The notes beneath the pieces were generated by a model. That model saw nothing but the letters and a program-made list of their open reading frames with translations. It ran no database searches and was not told the origin of the DNA. The position numbers were made by a program, and so were the translations under genes. Below, in pieces: positions 6,902 through 17,073 of a stretch of DNA of 58,094 nucleotides (its first letter is position 1; the number at the start of each line of letters is the position of its first letter). The stretch is from positions 1-58,094 of IMG/VR virus record IMGVR_UViG_3300030110_001023. One strand, given 5' to 3'. Source of the stretch: a virus (Duplodnaviria > Caudoviricetes).

Positions 6902-7008
6902 TCAGTTTATATTTCTTGATCGTGTCGATTGGAGGTATAGTCTTCTCATGCGTTATGCTTTCCATACTCATAGCTGTTCTGGTATTTATTATTAAGGAAG
7001 GCAGGTAA
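6883..7008 (+). CDS. 41-aa membrane peptide
   Basis: MVENFVISLYFLIVSIGGIVFSCVMLSILIAVLVFIIKEGR fills an operon gap; not in ORF track. Confidence 0.4.
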   Translation: MVENFVISLYFLIVSIGGIVFSCVMLSILIAVLVFIIKEGR

Positions 7009-7011
7009 GCC

Positions 7012-7179
7012 ATGCCGATTATCCATCTCTTTCGAGACAAGAAGCTAGTCGAGCGTGTGAAGCAGCTAGAAGATGACCTCAAGGATATTGTTGATGTTGC
7101 TCGCATATCTGAAGGCCCAGCCGCATCTTACTATGGTATGATGGCGCAGAAAGCTCTTGATGGCTCAGACGAACAATGA
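7012..7179 (+). CDS. 55-aa hypothetical protein
   Basis: MPIIHLFRDKKLVERVKQLEDDLK...; ATGA overlap with the next gene; not in ORF track. Confidence 0.55.
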   Translation: MPIIHLFRDKKLVERVKQLEDDLKDIVDVARISEGPAASYYGMMAQKALDGSDEQ

Positions 7180-7448
7180 AAGTATTTTATATACTCGTAA
7201 GTTTATTGTGGTACGCACCATCCTTTGACAATGAGCCATCTTTCCGTATAACGCATTTGAATGGTAAGCCTTTATTCTTTACGTCCAAGGAAGCATGTTT
7301 GAAGCATGTTCATGGAAATCATAAATATATTAAAATGTTTGTGGATAGCTACTACGAGGGTAAGGCAACTTCTAACCACATAGTTTGTGAATCTTTTGAA
7401 TTTACACCTGCGTCTTTAAGCGAGGGAAAATATGAAAGGCAAATTTAA
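7176..7448 (+). CDS. hypothetical protein with signal-peptide-like N-terminus
   Basis: Hydrophobic N-terminus, F.SKEAC...C pattern, operon packing. Confidence 0.55.
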   Translation: MKVFYILVSLLWYAPSFDNEPSFRITHLNGKPLFFTSKEACLKHVHGNHKYIKMFVDSYYEGKATSNHIVCESFEFTPASLSEGKYERQI

Positions 7449-7923
7449 CGGAAGAATTTCTGCACAGTTCACCGCACCAAAGACGTGGGTTCTTGAAAAG
7501 CCACTTTCTTTTGAAACGAGATCACTGGGAAAACATGAAGTTGATTTGCTTCTTCGCATAGGAGCGAATGTTGCTTCTCACCTTTCTAAAGTTTTGGGAA
7601 GGGTTACATGTGACAAGGGCATGAAGACTGATCTTGCATCAGTGCCAAGGATTGTCTGGTCATTTATTTCTCCTTGGGATGTTGCCCGTGCTGCTGTCAT
7701 TCATGATCACCTGTATGCGTCTCTCAGGCAGTATTATAACGGCATTTACAGAGACAAGAAGAAATGGAAAGAAGCCCGTAAGCTTTCTGACGATGTGTTT
7801 CTTTGGGCCATGCAAAGCGCACACCCACCCGTACCAAAGTATAAGATATGGTGTGCATACTACGCCGTAAGAATTTTTGGGCGTTGGCCAGCATCTGCCA
7901 AACCTGATCAGGCTGAGAAGTAA
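7432..7923 (+). CDS. DUF1353 family protein
   Basis: G..TDLASVPR..W..I.P....RAAVIHD.LY...D.VF..AM motif. Confidence 0.8.
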   Translation: MKGKFNGRISAQFTAPKTWVLEKPLSFETRSLGKHEVDLLLRIGANVASHLSKVLGRVTCDKGMKTDLASVPRIVWSFISPWDVARAAVIHDHLYASLRQYYNGIYRDKKKWKEARKLSDDVFLWAMQSAHPPVPKYKIWCAYYAVRIFGRWPASAKPDQAEK

Positions 7924-7925
7924 AC

Positions 7926-9413
7926 ATGGACCTGTCTTCTGTCGATATCGATGCGATAAGTCATGATGACAGGATGGAACTTCTTTCTCTTGTTGAGAAA
8001 CTGGAGAAGGCTGAAACCCGCGAACTCTGCCACAGCGAGTTTATTCCTTTTGTAAAATCTGTGTGGCCAGCTTTCATTGAGGGGCGGCACCACGAAATCA
8101 TGGGGGAAGCCTTTGAGCGGGTTGCGAAGGGAGAACTCAAACGCCTGATCGTAAACATGCCGCCCCGTCATACCAAGTCTGAGTTTGCCAGCTATCTTCT
8201 CCCTGCTTGGTTTCTTGGGCAGTACCCAGAAAAAAAGGTTATCCAGACAGCGCATACAGCAGAGCTTGCAACTGGGTTTGGTCGAAAGGTTAGAAACCTT
8301 TTCCAAGACGAATCATTTAAAGATATCTTTCCTAATGTATCGTTAAGGGCAGACTCAAAAGCGGCTGGTCGCTGGAACACAAACATGGGAGGTGATTACT
8401 TCTCTATCGGTGTGGGCGGTGCTGTAACAGGTAAAGGTGCTGACCTGCTCATCATTGATGATCCGCACTCGGAACAAGATGCACAGTCTGGTGCGTATAA
8501 CGCTGAAGTGTTTGATCGTGTGTATGAGTGGTACACCTCAGGCCCACGGCAACGACTTCAACCGGGAGGAGCTATCGTCATCGTTATGACACGGTGGCAT
8601 CAACGTGACCTGACAGGGCAAATCCTCAAAGCATCTATTGAACGGCATGGATCAGATGAGTGGGAGCTTATTGAGCTTCCTGCCATCATGCCATCAGGAA
8701 ACGCCTTATGGCCTGAGTTCTGGCAGATAGAAGAACTTGAAACCCTCAAGAATGAACTGCCTGTCTCGAAGTGGTCAGCCCAGTATCAGCAAGACCCCAC
8801 CAGTGAACAGGGTGCTATCATCAAAAGAGAATGGTGGAAAAGATGGGAAAGAGATGAGCCACCACCCTGTGACTTCATGATCCAGTCTTGGGATACGGCG
8901 TTTCTGAAAACTCAAAGAAGCGACTACTCAGCTTGCACTACATGGGGTGTGTGGTTCAACGAAGAAGAAAACAAGCATAACTTAATTATGCTAAATGCGT
9001 TTCAGGATCGTTTGGAGTTTCCTGAACTCAAACAAAAAGCATACGAACATTATGTTGACTGGTCACCAGATGCTTTTATTGTGGAAGCGAAGGCGACAGG
9101 ATTGCCACTGATATTTGAATTACGGCAAATGGGGATACCCGTTGCAGACTTTACGCCAAGCCGTGGTAACGATAAGATCGCCCGTGTTAATGCGGTTGCT
9201 GATCTTTTTTATTCTGGCATCGTGTGGGCACCAGAAACAAGATGGGCTGAGGAAGTGATCGAACAGTTTGCGTCTTTTCCATCGGGGTCTCACGATGACT
9301 TAGTTGATTCAAGCACCCAAGCATTGTTGCGTTTTAGACAAGGCGGCTTTGTTCGCGCAGCGAGCGATGAGGTGGAACAGGAATATTGGCGTGATACTGT
9401 AGAGTATTACTAA
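7926..9413 (+). CDS. terL: terminase large subunit
   Basis: NMPPRHTKS Walker A, LLIIDDP Walker B, MTRW coupling motif, nuclease QSWDTA and HDDLVD. Confidence 0.97.
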   Translation: MDLSSVDIDAISHDDRMELLSLVEKLEKAETRELCHSEFIPFVKSVWPAFIEGRHHEIMGEAFERVAKGELKRLIVNMPPRHTKSEFASYLLPAWFLGQYPEKKVIQTAHTAELATGFGRKVRNLFQDESFKDIFPNVSLRADSKAAGRWNTNMGGDYFSIGVGGAVTGKGADLLIIDDPHSEQDAQSGAYNAEVFDRVYEWYTSGPRQRLQPGGAIVIVMTRWHQRDLTGQILKASIERHGSDEWELIELPAIMPSGNALWPEFWQIEELETLKNELPVSKWSAQYQQDPTSEQGAIIKREWWKRWERDEPPPCDFMIQSWDTAFLKTQRSDYSACTTWGVWFNEEENKHNLIMLNAFQDRLEFPELKQKAYEHYVDWSPDAFIVEAKATGLPLIFELRQMGIPVADFTPSRGNDKIARVNAVADLFYSGIVWAPETRWAEEVIEQFASFPSGSHDDLVDSSTQALLRFRQGGFVRAASDEVEQEYWRDTVEYY

Positions 9414-9429
9414 TCGGAAGGAAGATACG

Positions 9430-11955
9430 ATGGCCATCGAAAAGCCTCTGGTAAGTGGACCGTTTCCCGAAGAGATGGAAGGAACGGTAGAAGTTGAGAC
9501 GGAAGAAGAGCCTGACCTATCAATAGGAGTTTTGAATCCTGACGCTGTTTCTATTGAGACAGAAGATGGTGGTGTCATCATTGAGTTTGATCCACGCTCT
9601 GAAGATGAGGATGCGGATGGTCAAGCGCATAACGCAAACCTCGCTGAGTTTATGGAAGAAGGAGACCTTCAGAACTTGGCAACGGACCTTGTGGGTCTGT
9701 TCGATTCTGATCGCATGTCCCGTAAAGACTGGGAGATGACATACATAAAAGGTCTCGACCTTCTTGGCCTCAAGATCGAAGATCGCACCCAACCATTCCC
9801 CGGTGCTTGTGGTGTCTTTCATCCCGTTCTCACCGAAAGCATTATCAGGTATCAAGCGCATTCCATGATGGAAACCTTTCCCGCATCTGGTCCTGTAAAG
9901 ACCCAAGTGATCGGAGAGATTAATACAGAAAAAGAAGAGCAAGCAGTTCGTGTGCAAAACGAAATGAACTTCCAAGTAACGGAAGTCATGACAGATTATC
10001 GTAGTGAACATGAGCAGCTTTTATTTCACCTTCCCCTCGCTGGCTCTGCATTCAAGAAGATTTATTACGATGTGGATATGGGCAGAGCTTGCGCTGTCTT
10101 TGTGCCAGCAGAAGACTTGGTTGTTGCTTATGGTGCAACAGACCTGAGAAGCTGTGAGCGTTTTACTCATGTCATGAAGAAGACATCAAACGAAGTGAGA
10201 AAGCTTCAGGTTGCTGGCTTCTATCGTGATATTGACTTGTCAGAACCGTCTCCCGATTACAGCAAAATACAAAATGCCTATGATCGTATCCAAGGTGATG
10301 ACCCATCTGTTGAGTATGATGATCGATACACGCTCTTGGAAATGCATGTAGACCTTGACCTTGAAGGCTATGAGGACATGAAGGATGGGGAGCCTACGGG
10401 CATCGCATGTCCGTATGTAGTCACCATCGATAGCCAAGCCCGTGAGATACTTTCCATACGCAAGAACTGGAACAAAGACGACGAGCGCAAGATGCGCCGA
10501 ATGCATTTCTCTCATTATAAATTTATGCCGGGGCTTGGTTTCTATGGTCTTGGACTAACGCATATGATTGGCGGTATGGCCAAATCTGCCACATCTATCC
10601 TGCGTCAACTGGTTGATGCGGGTACATTGAGCAATCTACCAGCAGGTCTCAAGACAAGAGGACTGCGTATCAAAGGAGATGATTCACCCATATCACCGGG
10701 TGAGTTTCGGGATGTGGACGTTCCCGGTGGTTCAATCAGGGACAACATCAGCTTCATGCCATACAAGGAACCGTCAGGAACTCTCTATCAGTTACTGGGC
10801 ACAATCGTTGACGAGGCCCGTAAGTATGCGGCTGTCCCCGATATGAATATCGGAGAGATGACCAATCAGGCTCCCGTTGGATCAACCCTAGCCATACTTG
10901 AACGGTCTATGAAAGTAATGTCTGCCTGTCAGGCAAGGCTTCATGCATCTCTCAGAAACGAGTTCAAGATACTTGCGGGTGTTATCAAAGATTTCTTACC
11001 AGATGCTTACGACTATGAGATGAATAAAGATGCAAGCCGTAAGAAAGATTTTGATGAGCGCATTGATGTAATCCCTGTGTCTGATCCAAACGCAACGACA
11101 ATGGCGCAACGGATCATGCAGTATCAGGCAGCGTTGCAGTTAGCGCAGCAAGCCCCGCAAATGTATGACCTTCCTCAGTTACACAAGCAAATGCTTGAAA
11201 CGCTTGGTATACAAAACGTCGATAAGATTATTCCTGTGGGTGCTGAGGTCATGCCAGAAGACCCCGTCAGTGAAAACATGAACATCATAAACATGAAGCC
11301 TGTGAAAGCTTTTGCTTATCAGGACCATGAAGCGCACATCAGAACCCACATGTCTGCCATACAAGACCCAAAGATACTCAAGCTTGTCGAGCAGTCGCCT
11401 AACGCAAACGCAATACAAGCGGCACTTGAAGCGCATCTTCGCGAACATCTGGCATTCCAGTATCGCGACGAGATTGAAGATCAACTGGGTGTCGAACTGC
11501 CACCAATTGGTGAGCCATTACCACGCGATGTAGAACAGAGACTTGCTGGTCTGGTTGCTGCTGCCGCCGAGAAGCTTCTGAAGAAAGATGTGGCTGAAGC
11601 ACAAGCAGAAGAAAACATGCAAAAGGCACAAGACCCTGTTGTTCAGATGCAGCAAGAAGAGCTTCGGTTGCAAGCAGCAGATATTGAGCGCAAGGCAAAG
11701 GCAGATCAGATGCGTGTTGAGGCTGACATCCTCAAGACACAAACCACGGCAGAGACCGAAAGAAAGAGGATTGCGTCTCAAGAAAAAACCACAGGCGCTC
11801 AGATCGGAGCCAAGATTGCAACAGAAAGCATGAAGGCAGAAGTAAACAGCAAAGAGACATCTTCCAAAGAAAAGATTGAAGGTGCAAAACTTGGCGCAAA
11901 AATAGCAGAAGATTTACTGGAGGCAGCAGAAGATGGCAGCAAAGAAGAAAGCTAA
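9430..11955 (+). CDS. portal protein (podovirus/P22-like, long C-terminal coiled coil)
   Basis: Follows terL; 841 aa; GSAFKKIYYD and GLGFYGLG motifs. Confidence 0.9.
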   Translation: MAIEKPLVSGPFPEEMEGTVEVETEEEPDLSIGVLNPDAVSIETEDGGVIIEFDPRSEDEDADGQAHNANLAEFMEEGDLQNLATDLVGLFDSDRMSRKDWEMTYIKGLDLLGLKIEDRTQPFPGACGVFHPVLTESIIRYQAHSMMETFPASGPVKTQVIGEINTEKEEQAVRVQNEMNFQVTEVMTDYRSEHEQLLFHLPLAGSAFKKIYYDVDMGRACAVFVPAEDLVVAYGATDLRSCERFTHVMKKTSNEVRKLQVAGFYRDIDLSEPSPDYSKIQNAYDRIQGDDPSVEYDDRYTLLEMHVDLDLEGYEDMKDGEPTGIACPYVVTIDSQAREILSIRKNWNKDDERKMRRMHFSHYKFMPGLGFYGLGLTHMIGGMAKSATSILRQLVDAGTLSNLPAGLKTRGLRIKGDDSPISPGEFRDVDVPGGSIRDNISFMPYKEPSGTLYQLLGTIVDEARKYAAVPDMNIGEMTNQAPVGSTLAILERSMKVMSACQARLHASLRNEFKILAGVIKDFLPDAYDYEMNKDASRKKDFDERIDVIPVSDPNATTMAQRIMQYQAALQLAQQAPQMYDLPQLHKQMLETLGIQNVDKIIPVGAEVMPEDPVSENMNIINMKPVKAFAYQDHEAHIRTHMSAIQDPKILKLVEQSPNANAIQAALEAHLREHLAFQYRDEIEDQLGVELPPIGEPLPRDVEQRLAGLVAAAAEKLLKKDVAEAQAEENMQKAQDPVVQMQQEELRLQAADIERKAKADQMRVEADILKTQTTAETERKRIASQEKTTGAQIGAKIATESMKAEVNSKETSSKEKIEGAKLGAKIAEDLLEAAEDGSKEES

Positions 11956-12121
11956 GTCACGGGTTAATGAGGCAGGAAACTATACCAAGCCTACCATGAG
12001 GAAGCGTCTCTTCAATAAGATCAAGGCAGGTGGAAAGGGTGGCAAGCCGGGACAATGGTCGGCACGAAAAGCCCAGATGCTTGCCTCACAATACAAGAAG
12101 GCTGGAGGAGGATATAAATAA
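11933..12121 (+). CDS. small basic protein resembling the N-terminal half of DUF5872-type proteins
   Basis: YTKPTMRKRL...KGGKPGQWSARKAQMLA..YKKAGGGY. Confidence 0.7.
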   Translation: MAAKKKAKSRVNEAGNYTKPTMRKRLFNKIKAGGKGGKPGQWSARKAQMLASQYKKAGGGYK

Positions 12122-12279
12122 TGAGCAAGAAGTCAGTTGATGCACCAAAGGGATATCATTGGATGAAAGCTGGCAAAGGTTTTAAGCTGATGAAAAACCC
12201 TCCCGGTGGATACAAGCCACATAAAGGCGCAAGCAAGAAAGCGTCATTTGAAATTCAAACGGTTCATAAGAGTAAGTAA
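12121..12279 (+). CDS. 52-aa lysine-rich protein
   Basis: MSKKSVDAPKGYHWMK...GYKPHKGAS; stop/start overlaps on both sides; not in ORF track. Confidence 0.7.
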   Translation: MSKKSVDAPKGYHWMKAGKGFKLMKNPPGGYKPHKGASKKASFEIQTVHKSK

Positions 12280-12533
12280 TGGCTCTCAAGAAATCACAGA
12301 AGTCGCTCAAGAACTGGACAAAGCAAAAGTGGAGAACCAAGTCTGGTAAGCCTTCCACACAGGGATCAAAGGCAACGGGAGAAAGGTATCTCCCTTCTTC
12401 TGCAATCAAATCTCTAAGTTCAAAAGAATATGCTGCAACCACAAGAGCAAAAAGAGCGGGAACTAAAAAGGGGAAGCAGTATGTACCCCAACCAAAAAAA
12501 GTTGCAAAGAAAACAAGGAGACATCGCAAGTGA
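12279..12533 (+). CDS. DUF5872-like basic protein
   Basis: QKSLKNWTKQKWRTKSGK...GERYLP...KGKQYV.QP. Confidence 0.7.
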   Translation: MALKKSQKSLKNWTKQKWRTKSGKPSTQGSKATGERYLPSSAIKSLSSKEYAATTRAKRAGTKKGKQYVPQPKKVAKKTRRHRK

Positions 12534-12730
12534 GTTTAGGACAGGATCACATATTGATTCGTCTACACAAGTTTATCACCGAACAATTAAATGATGGCGC
12601 AGACCATCTGGCATCTGGTGGTGCGAGAAACTTTGATGAGTACAGCCGTATGGTTGGACGCATCGAAGGCATTGCTATGGTGGAAAGGGAACTCAAAGAC
12701 CTTTCCAGTAAACTTGAAGACGATGACTAA
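12530..12730 (+). CDS. small head-module protein
   Basis: LASGGA..FDEY..MVG.IEG pattern; lies between portal and GroES. Confidence 0.7.
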   Translation: MSLGQDHILIRLHKFITEQLNDGADHLASGGARNFDEYSRMVGRIEGIAMVERELKDLSSKLEDDD

Positions 12731-12795
12731 ACAGGAAACCGCTGTGCCTGTATCAATTCAGCGCGAAACGAGCATTGCTCGCGAGGAACGACCAT

Positions 12796-13194
12796 ATGAC
12801 AAAAGTCAAAGAGAAGAAAGATTCGACTGTCGAATTTGATAAAGACCTAGAGAAGCAAACAGCTTCTCAACTTCCTAAGCCATGCGGTTATAAGATTTTA
12901 ATCGCTCTTCCTGAAATAGAAGAAACCACTGAAGGCGGTATTATTAAACCAGATCTTGTTCGAGAGATTGAAGAATACTCGACAGTGGTTGGTTTTGTGA
13001 TGTCGCTGGGTCCAGATTGTTATAAAGGTGACAAGAAGTTCCCATCAGGAGCCTACTGTAAAGAAGGCGACTTTATTTTGTTTCGGGCATTTCAAGGAAC
13101 TCGCATCCGCATTCATGGAAAAGAGTTTCGCTTGATTAACGATGATAATGTTGAAGCCGTGGTGGATGATCCCCGTGGCATCAAGAGGGCTTAG
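12796..13194 (+). CDS. groES: GroES/Cpn10-like co-chaperonin
   Basis: P.GYKILI...EETTEGGII.P...G.V..LGP...G.RIRIHGKEFRLINDDNVEAVV. Confidence 0.88.
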   Translation: MTKVKEKKDSTVEFDKDLEKQTASQLPKPCGYKILIALPEIEETTEGGIIKPDLVREIEEYSTVVGFVMSLGPDCYKGDKKFPSGAYCKEGDFILFRAFQGTRIRIHGKEFRLINDDNVEAVVDDPRGIKRA

Positions 13195-13196
13195 AC

Positions 13197-14195
13197 ATGG
13201 CTGAAGAAAAGCAAGAAGTAGTTCAAGAGGCTCAAGAAGAGCTTTTTGAAATTGAAGTCATTGATGATACGCCAGAAGAAGATCGGCCTTATGTAGCTGA
13301 TAAATCTTCTGACGGTTCTGAAGTTGATGATGAGATCAAAGGTCTTGGTAAAAGAGCGCAAGATCGTATTGGTCAGTTGAAACGAGAGTTTCACGACAAG
13401 AGACGGGAAGCTGACGCTGCACAACGTATGCAGCAAGAAGCCATCAATGTTGCTCAAACAATCCGTCAGGAAAATGAGCAGCTAAAGGCGCTGCTCAAAA
13501 ACGGTAACACGGCTTTGTTTGATGTAACGAAAGCTAAGAATGATGCAGACCTTGCCTCTGCACAATCAAGGCTTACGGCAGCATACGATGAAGGAAACGC
13601 TGAAGAAATTGTTTCAGCACAAACTGCTCTTAACGAGTTAATGTTTGATGGGCGCAAACTACAAGAAGCAATCAGCCAACGAAATGTGATTGCTGAACAA
13701 CCTGCTCCTCAGGCTGCACCTGCTCAACAACAGCAACAGCCAGATATTACGTTAACAGAAAAGGATGCTGATTGGATTAGGAGGAACCCTTGGTTTCAGA
13801 AAGATCAGAAACTAACTGCCTATGCAATGGGTTTGCATTATGAGCTTACCCAACAAAAAGGTGTTCATCCTAATGGTTCTGAATATTACAAGATGATTGA
13901 TGAGGAAATGAGAAAGCATTTTCCTATTGACGAAATAAACCAAAATTACCAGAATGGTACTGGAGAAGAATTTGTTTCTTCTGATGTTCGTGAGTCGTCA
14001 GACGCAGATAACATTTCTGTAGATGTCGAGTCAGAAGAAGCAATGGCCCCCGTGGTTGCGCCAGCTACTCGTAGTAGTAACAAAAAACCAACGCGAGCCA
14101 GACTCACGAAAACCCAAGTAGACCTCGCTAAGAAACTTGGGCTGACAAACGAGCAATACGCAAAAGAGCTTTTGAAGGAGCAGTTAAATGGCTAA
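13197..14195 (+). CDS. capsid scaffolding protein
   Basis: Acidic coiled coil, W..RNPWF, C-terminal LT..QV.LAKKLGLT.EQYAK; upstream of the capsid genes. Confidence 0.7.
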   Translation: MAEEKQEVVQEAQEELFEIEVIDDTPEEDRPYVADKSSDGSEVDDEIKGLGKRAQDRIGQLKREFHDKRREADAAQRMQQEAINVAQTIRQENEQLKALLKNGNTALFDVTKAKNDADLASAQSRLTAAYDEGNAEEIVSAQTALNELMFDGRKLQEAISQRNVIAEQPAPQAAPAQQQQQPDITLTEKDADWIRRNPWFQKDQKLTAYAMGLHYELTQQKGVHPNGSEYYKMIDEEMRKHFPIDEINQNYQNGTGEEFVSSDVRESSDADNISVDVESEEAMAPVVAPATRSSNKKPTRARLTKTQVDLAKKLGLTNEQYAKELLKEQLNG

Positions 14196-14691
14196 TGATC
14201 AAGACAGCGAATTGTTCGACGGTGATGAGCGCGAATCCAGAACCGCCGCCAGTTTAGGGGATAAAGAAACCCGTGAGATGAGCGAGCGCACAAAAAGCTG
14301 GGCACCTCCGTCATTGTTGCCTGAGCCTACTCCAGTAGATGGCTATGTGTATCGTTGGATACGCACAGCTACTTTGGGTGAAGCGGATAACACGAATGTT
14401 TCCCAACGATTTAGAGAAGGCTGGGAAGCTGTTCCTGTAGAAGATCATCCTGAGATGCAAATCCTGACTGACCATAATTCTAGGTTTGAAGGAGCTATTG
14501 AAGTTGGTGGCTTGTTGCTTTGTAGGACCGCTGAAGAGAATATGAAACAGCGGGACGGTTATTACGCTAATAAAACAAAGCAGCAGATTGACGCAGTTGA
14601 CCAGAGCTACCTTAGAGAAAGCGACCCCCGTATGCCCGTTCTCAGACCAGAGAACACAACGAGGGTTGGTTTCGGAACTGGGCGCTCATAG
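14188..14691 (+). CDS. head-assembly-associated protein
   Basis: W.PPSLLP.P...GYVYRWIR...REGWE...GGLLLC; position between scaffold and capsid. Confidence 0.65.
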   Translation: MANDQDSELFDGDERESRTAASLGDKETREMSERTKSWAPPSLLPEPTPVDGYVYRWIRTATLGEADNTNVSQRFREGWEAVPVEDHPEMQILTDHNSRFEGAIEVGGLLLCRTAEENMKQRDGYYANKTKQQIDAVDQSYLRESDPRMPVLRPENTTRVGFGTGRS

Positions 14692-14737
14692 AATTTTTCT
14701 GTGGGCTTTTTGAAACTGAAGATGCAAGGAGTCTTAA

Positions 14738-15340
14738 ATGTCTTCAACTGCTGCACCCTTCGGTCTGCGTCCAATCGGTAAGCTGGATAGTGGTTCACTT
14801 GAAGTATCGCGCCAATATCCAATAGCTTCGGGTTATGGAACCAACATCTGCATGGGCGACATCGTCCAGCTTGTGGATGGCGGCACCGCAACCACGATTG
14901 AAAAGCAGTCTGCTACAGGGGATGACTCTACCGAAATTGATATGGTAGGGATTTTCATGGGCTGTAAATACACAGACCCTAACTCAAACCAAATGACGTT
15001 TAGTCAAAAGTGGCCAGCAAGTACGGTGGCCTCTGATGCAATGGCGTATGTGGTTGATGATCCAAATGTCTTGTTCACCATCCAAGCGGATGCTGCCCCG
15101 ACGAATACGGGAGACATTTATGGTAAGAACACTCTTTTAATTCAAACAGCACCTAATACGAGCTTGAATATTAGCCGTGTTGCTTTGGATATTTCTGAGC
15201 TTTCTACCGATGCTCAAAACCCAATTCGGGTTATTGATTATCTTGGTGGAGATCAAGGAGATGAAAAGGGAACGACTTACCCCGTGCTGGTGTGCAAGTT
15301 TAATTATCATCAGCATTCATCCACAACTGGCTCGGCATAA
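14738..15340 (+). CDS. capsid decoration/cement protein
   Basis: APFGLRP...I..GD.V...VVDDP; beta-rich; immediately before the major capsid gene. Confidence 0.65.
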   Translation: MSSTAAPFGLRPIGKLDSGSLEVSRQYPIASGYGTNICMGDIVQLVDGGTATTIEKQSATGDDSTEIDMVGIFMGCKYTDPNSNQMTFSQKWPASTVASDAMAYVVDDPNVLFTIQADAAPTNTGDIYGKNTLLIQTAPNTSLNISRVALDISELSTDAQNPIRVIDYLGGDQGDEKGTTYPVLVCKFNYHQHSSTTGSA

Positions 15341-15353
15341 GGAGATTTGAGTT

Positions 15354-16262
15354 ATGGCTATAGCAAGAACACAACTCCTTAAAGAGCTTCTTCCCGGCTT
15401 GAACGCCTTGTTCGGATTGGAGTACGAGAAGTACGAAGACGAACATACATCGATTTACGAAACCGAAAGTTCGGATCGTAGCTTCGAGGAAGAGGTGAAG
15501 TTGTCTGGATTTGGTTCGGCTCCGGTTAAACCCGAAGGCGAAGCGATTTCCTTTGATAGCGCACAGGAGTCATTTACGGCTCGGTATAACCATGAAACGG
15601 TTGCTATGGGTTTCTCTATCACTGAAGAGGCGATGGAAGATAACCTGTATGATTCCCTTTCAGCACGTTATACCAAGGCTCTCGCCCGTGGTATGGCTTA
15701 CACCAAGCAGACTAAAGCTGTTACGCCCCTCAATAACGGGTTTACCAGCTATCAGTCTGGTGATGGTGTAACGCTCTTTAACACGGCTCACCCAACGGTT
15801 GCTGGCGGTAACAATTCAAACCGTCCGACAACGGCTGCTGATCTAAACGAAACGACCCTTGAAAATGCGGTAATTGATATTGCTGCATATGTCGATGAGC
15901 GTGGACTTTTGATCGCAGCACGTCCTCGCAGGTTGGTTATTCCTCCTGCACTGACGTTTGTTGCAACTCGCATTCTCCAATCGGAGCTTCGGGTTGGCAC
16001 TGCTGATAACGACATCAATGCTATTCGTAGCAACGGTTCGATCCCAGAAGGCTATGAGGTCAATCACTATCTGACTGACAGCAACGCTTTCTTCATCGTT
16101 ACCGATGTTCCTAATGGTATGAAGCACTTCGAGCGCACCCCCATGCAAACCAGCATGGATGGTGACTTCGACACAGGCAATGTCCGTTACAAGGCACGGG
16201 AAAGATATTCCTTTGGAGTATCAGACCCACTCGGAATTTACGGTTCTCCGGGTTCTTCTTAA
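15354..16262 (+). CDS. major capsid protein (HK97 fold, Mu gpT-like)
   Basis: KELLPGLNALFG, FSITEEAMEDNLY, DGVTLFNTAHP, P.RLVIPP, YKARERYSFG; strong RBS and downstream terminator. Confidence 0.92.
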   Translation: MAIARTQLLKELLPGLNALFGLEYEKYEDEHTSIYETESSDRSFEEEVKLSGFGSAPVKPEGEAISFDSAQESFTARYNHETVAMGFSITEEAMEDNLYDSLSARYTKALARGMAYTKQTKAVTPLNNGFTSYQSGDGVTLFNTAHPTVAGGNNSNRPTTAADLNETTLENAVIDIAAYVDERGLLIAARPRRLVIPPALTFVATRILQSELRVGTADNDINAIRSNGSIPEGYEVNHYLTDSNAFFIVTDVPNGMKHFERTPMQTSMDGDFDTGNVRYKARERYSFGVSDPLGIYGSPGSS

Positions 16263-16269
16263 CACCGTA

Positions 16270-16302
16270 ATGGGGGGAGAGTTTTCTCCCCCCATCGTTT
16301 TT
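16270..16302 (+). terminator. rho-independent terminator after the capsid gene
   Basis: G-rich/C-rich stem (atgggggg...cccccat) followed by a T tract. Confidence 0.75.
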
Positions 16303-16346
16303 CCTGACGGCGAAAGCCGACACTAGCCACGACAGGAGGAAACATC

Positions 16347-17063
16347 ATGGCTGTGCATTTTACTGGTCCTATTCTTTTTGGCGGGAAGGATACCCCGCGC
16401 AAATGGTTTGAAAACCTTCCGATTGATAAGAACCCTGACTATGTCGTTTATATGGACGACTTCACAGGGATTGCTCTTGATACCACCAATGACTGGACGC
16501 TTATTAAGGACAGCAGTGCTACTGCTGCTCTTGGTGCTGACGCTGAGAGCGGGACTTTGGTTCTGACTTCTCAAGCCACCACCGATAACGATGGTGCTTC
16601 TGTTCAAGGCAATGAAATTTTTGCTATGGCTTCTGACAGAGATATTTGGTTTGAAACCAAACTAACTCCAACAGATGCTGAGGGTAGCGCAATGGACATT
16701 TGCGTAGGCCTTACCGTTAACTTTGCAACAAACCCAGAAGCCATGTTAACGGCTGCTGATCGCGTTGTCTTCCAAGTAGATGACGGTGATAGTAATATTG
16801 ACTGCATCACTGAAAAAGACGGAACGGCAACAACCACAGATAGCGGCATTGACGTTGCAAGTGGAACGGCTGTAACTCTTGGCTTTCATGTTAAGGGCAC
16901 AACCTCTGTTGAGTTCTTTGTAAATCGTCTTCTGGTTGCCACTCATACGGCTAACCTGCCTGACAATGAAAACCTTGCGATTGGTGCGATGGAGCTTTCT
17001 GGTTCTGCAACGGGAACGAAGTCTATGGCCATAGATTATTTGATGGCTGTCCAAAACCGCTAG
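16347..17063 (+). CDS. virion structural protein (beta-sandwich, lectin-like)
   Basis: MAVHFTGP N-terminus, YMDDF motif, Thr/Asp-rich beta strands. Confidence 0.6.
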   Translation: MAVHFTGPILFGGKDTPRKWFENLPIDKNPDYVVYMDDFTGIALDTTNDWTLIKDSSATAALGADAESGTLVLTSQATTDNDGASVQGNEIFAMASDRDIWFETKLTPTDAEGSAMDICVGLTVNFATNPEAMLTAADRVVFQVDDGDSNIDCITEKDGTATTTDSGIDVASGTAVTLGFHVKGTTSVEFFVNRLLVATHTANLPDNENLAIGAMELSGSATGTKSMAIDYLMAVQNR

Positions 17064-17073
17064 GAGATAAACA

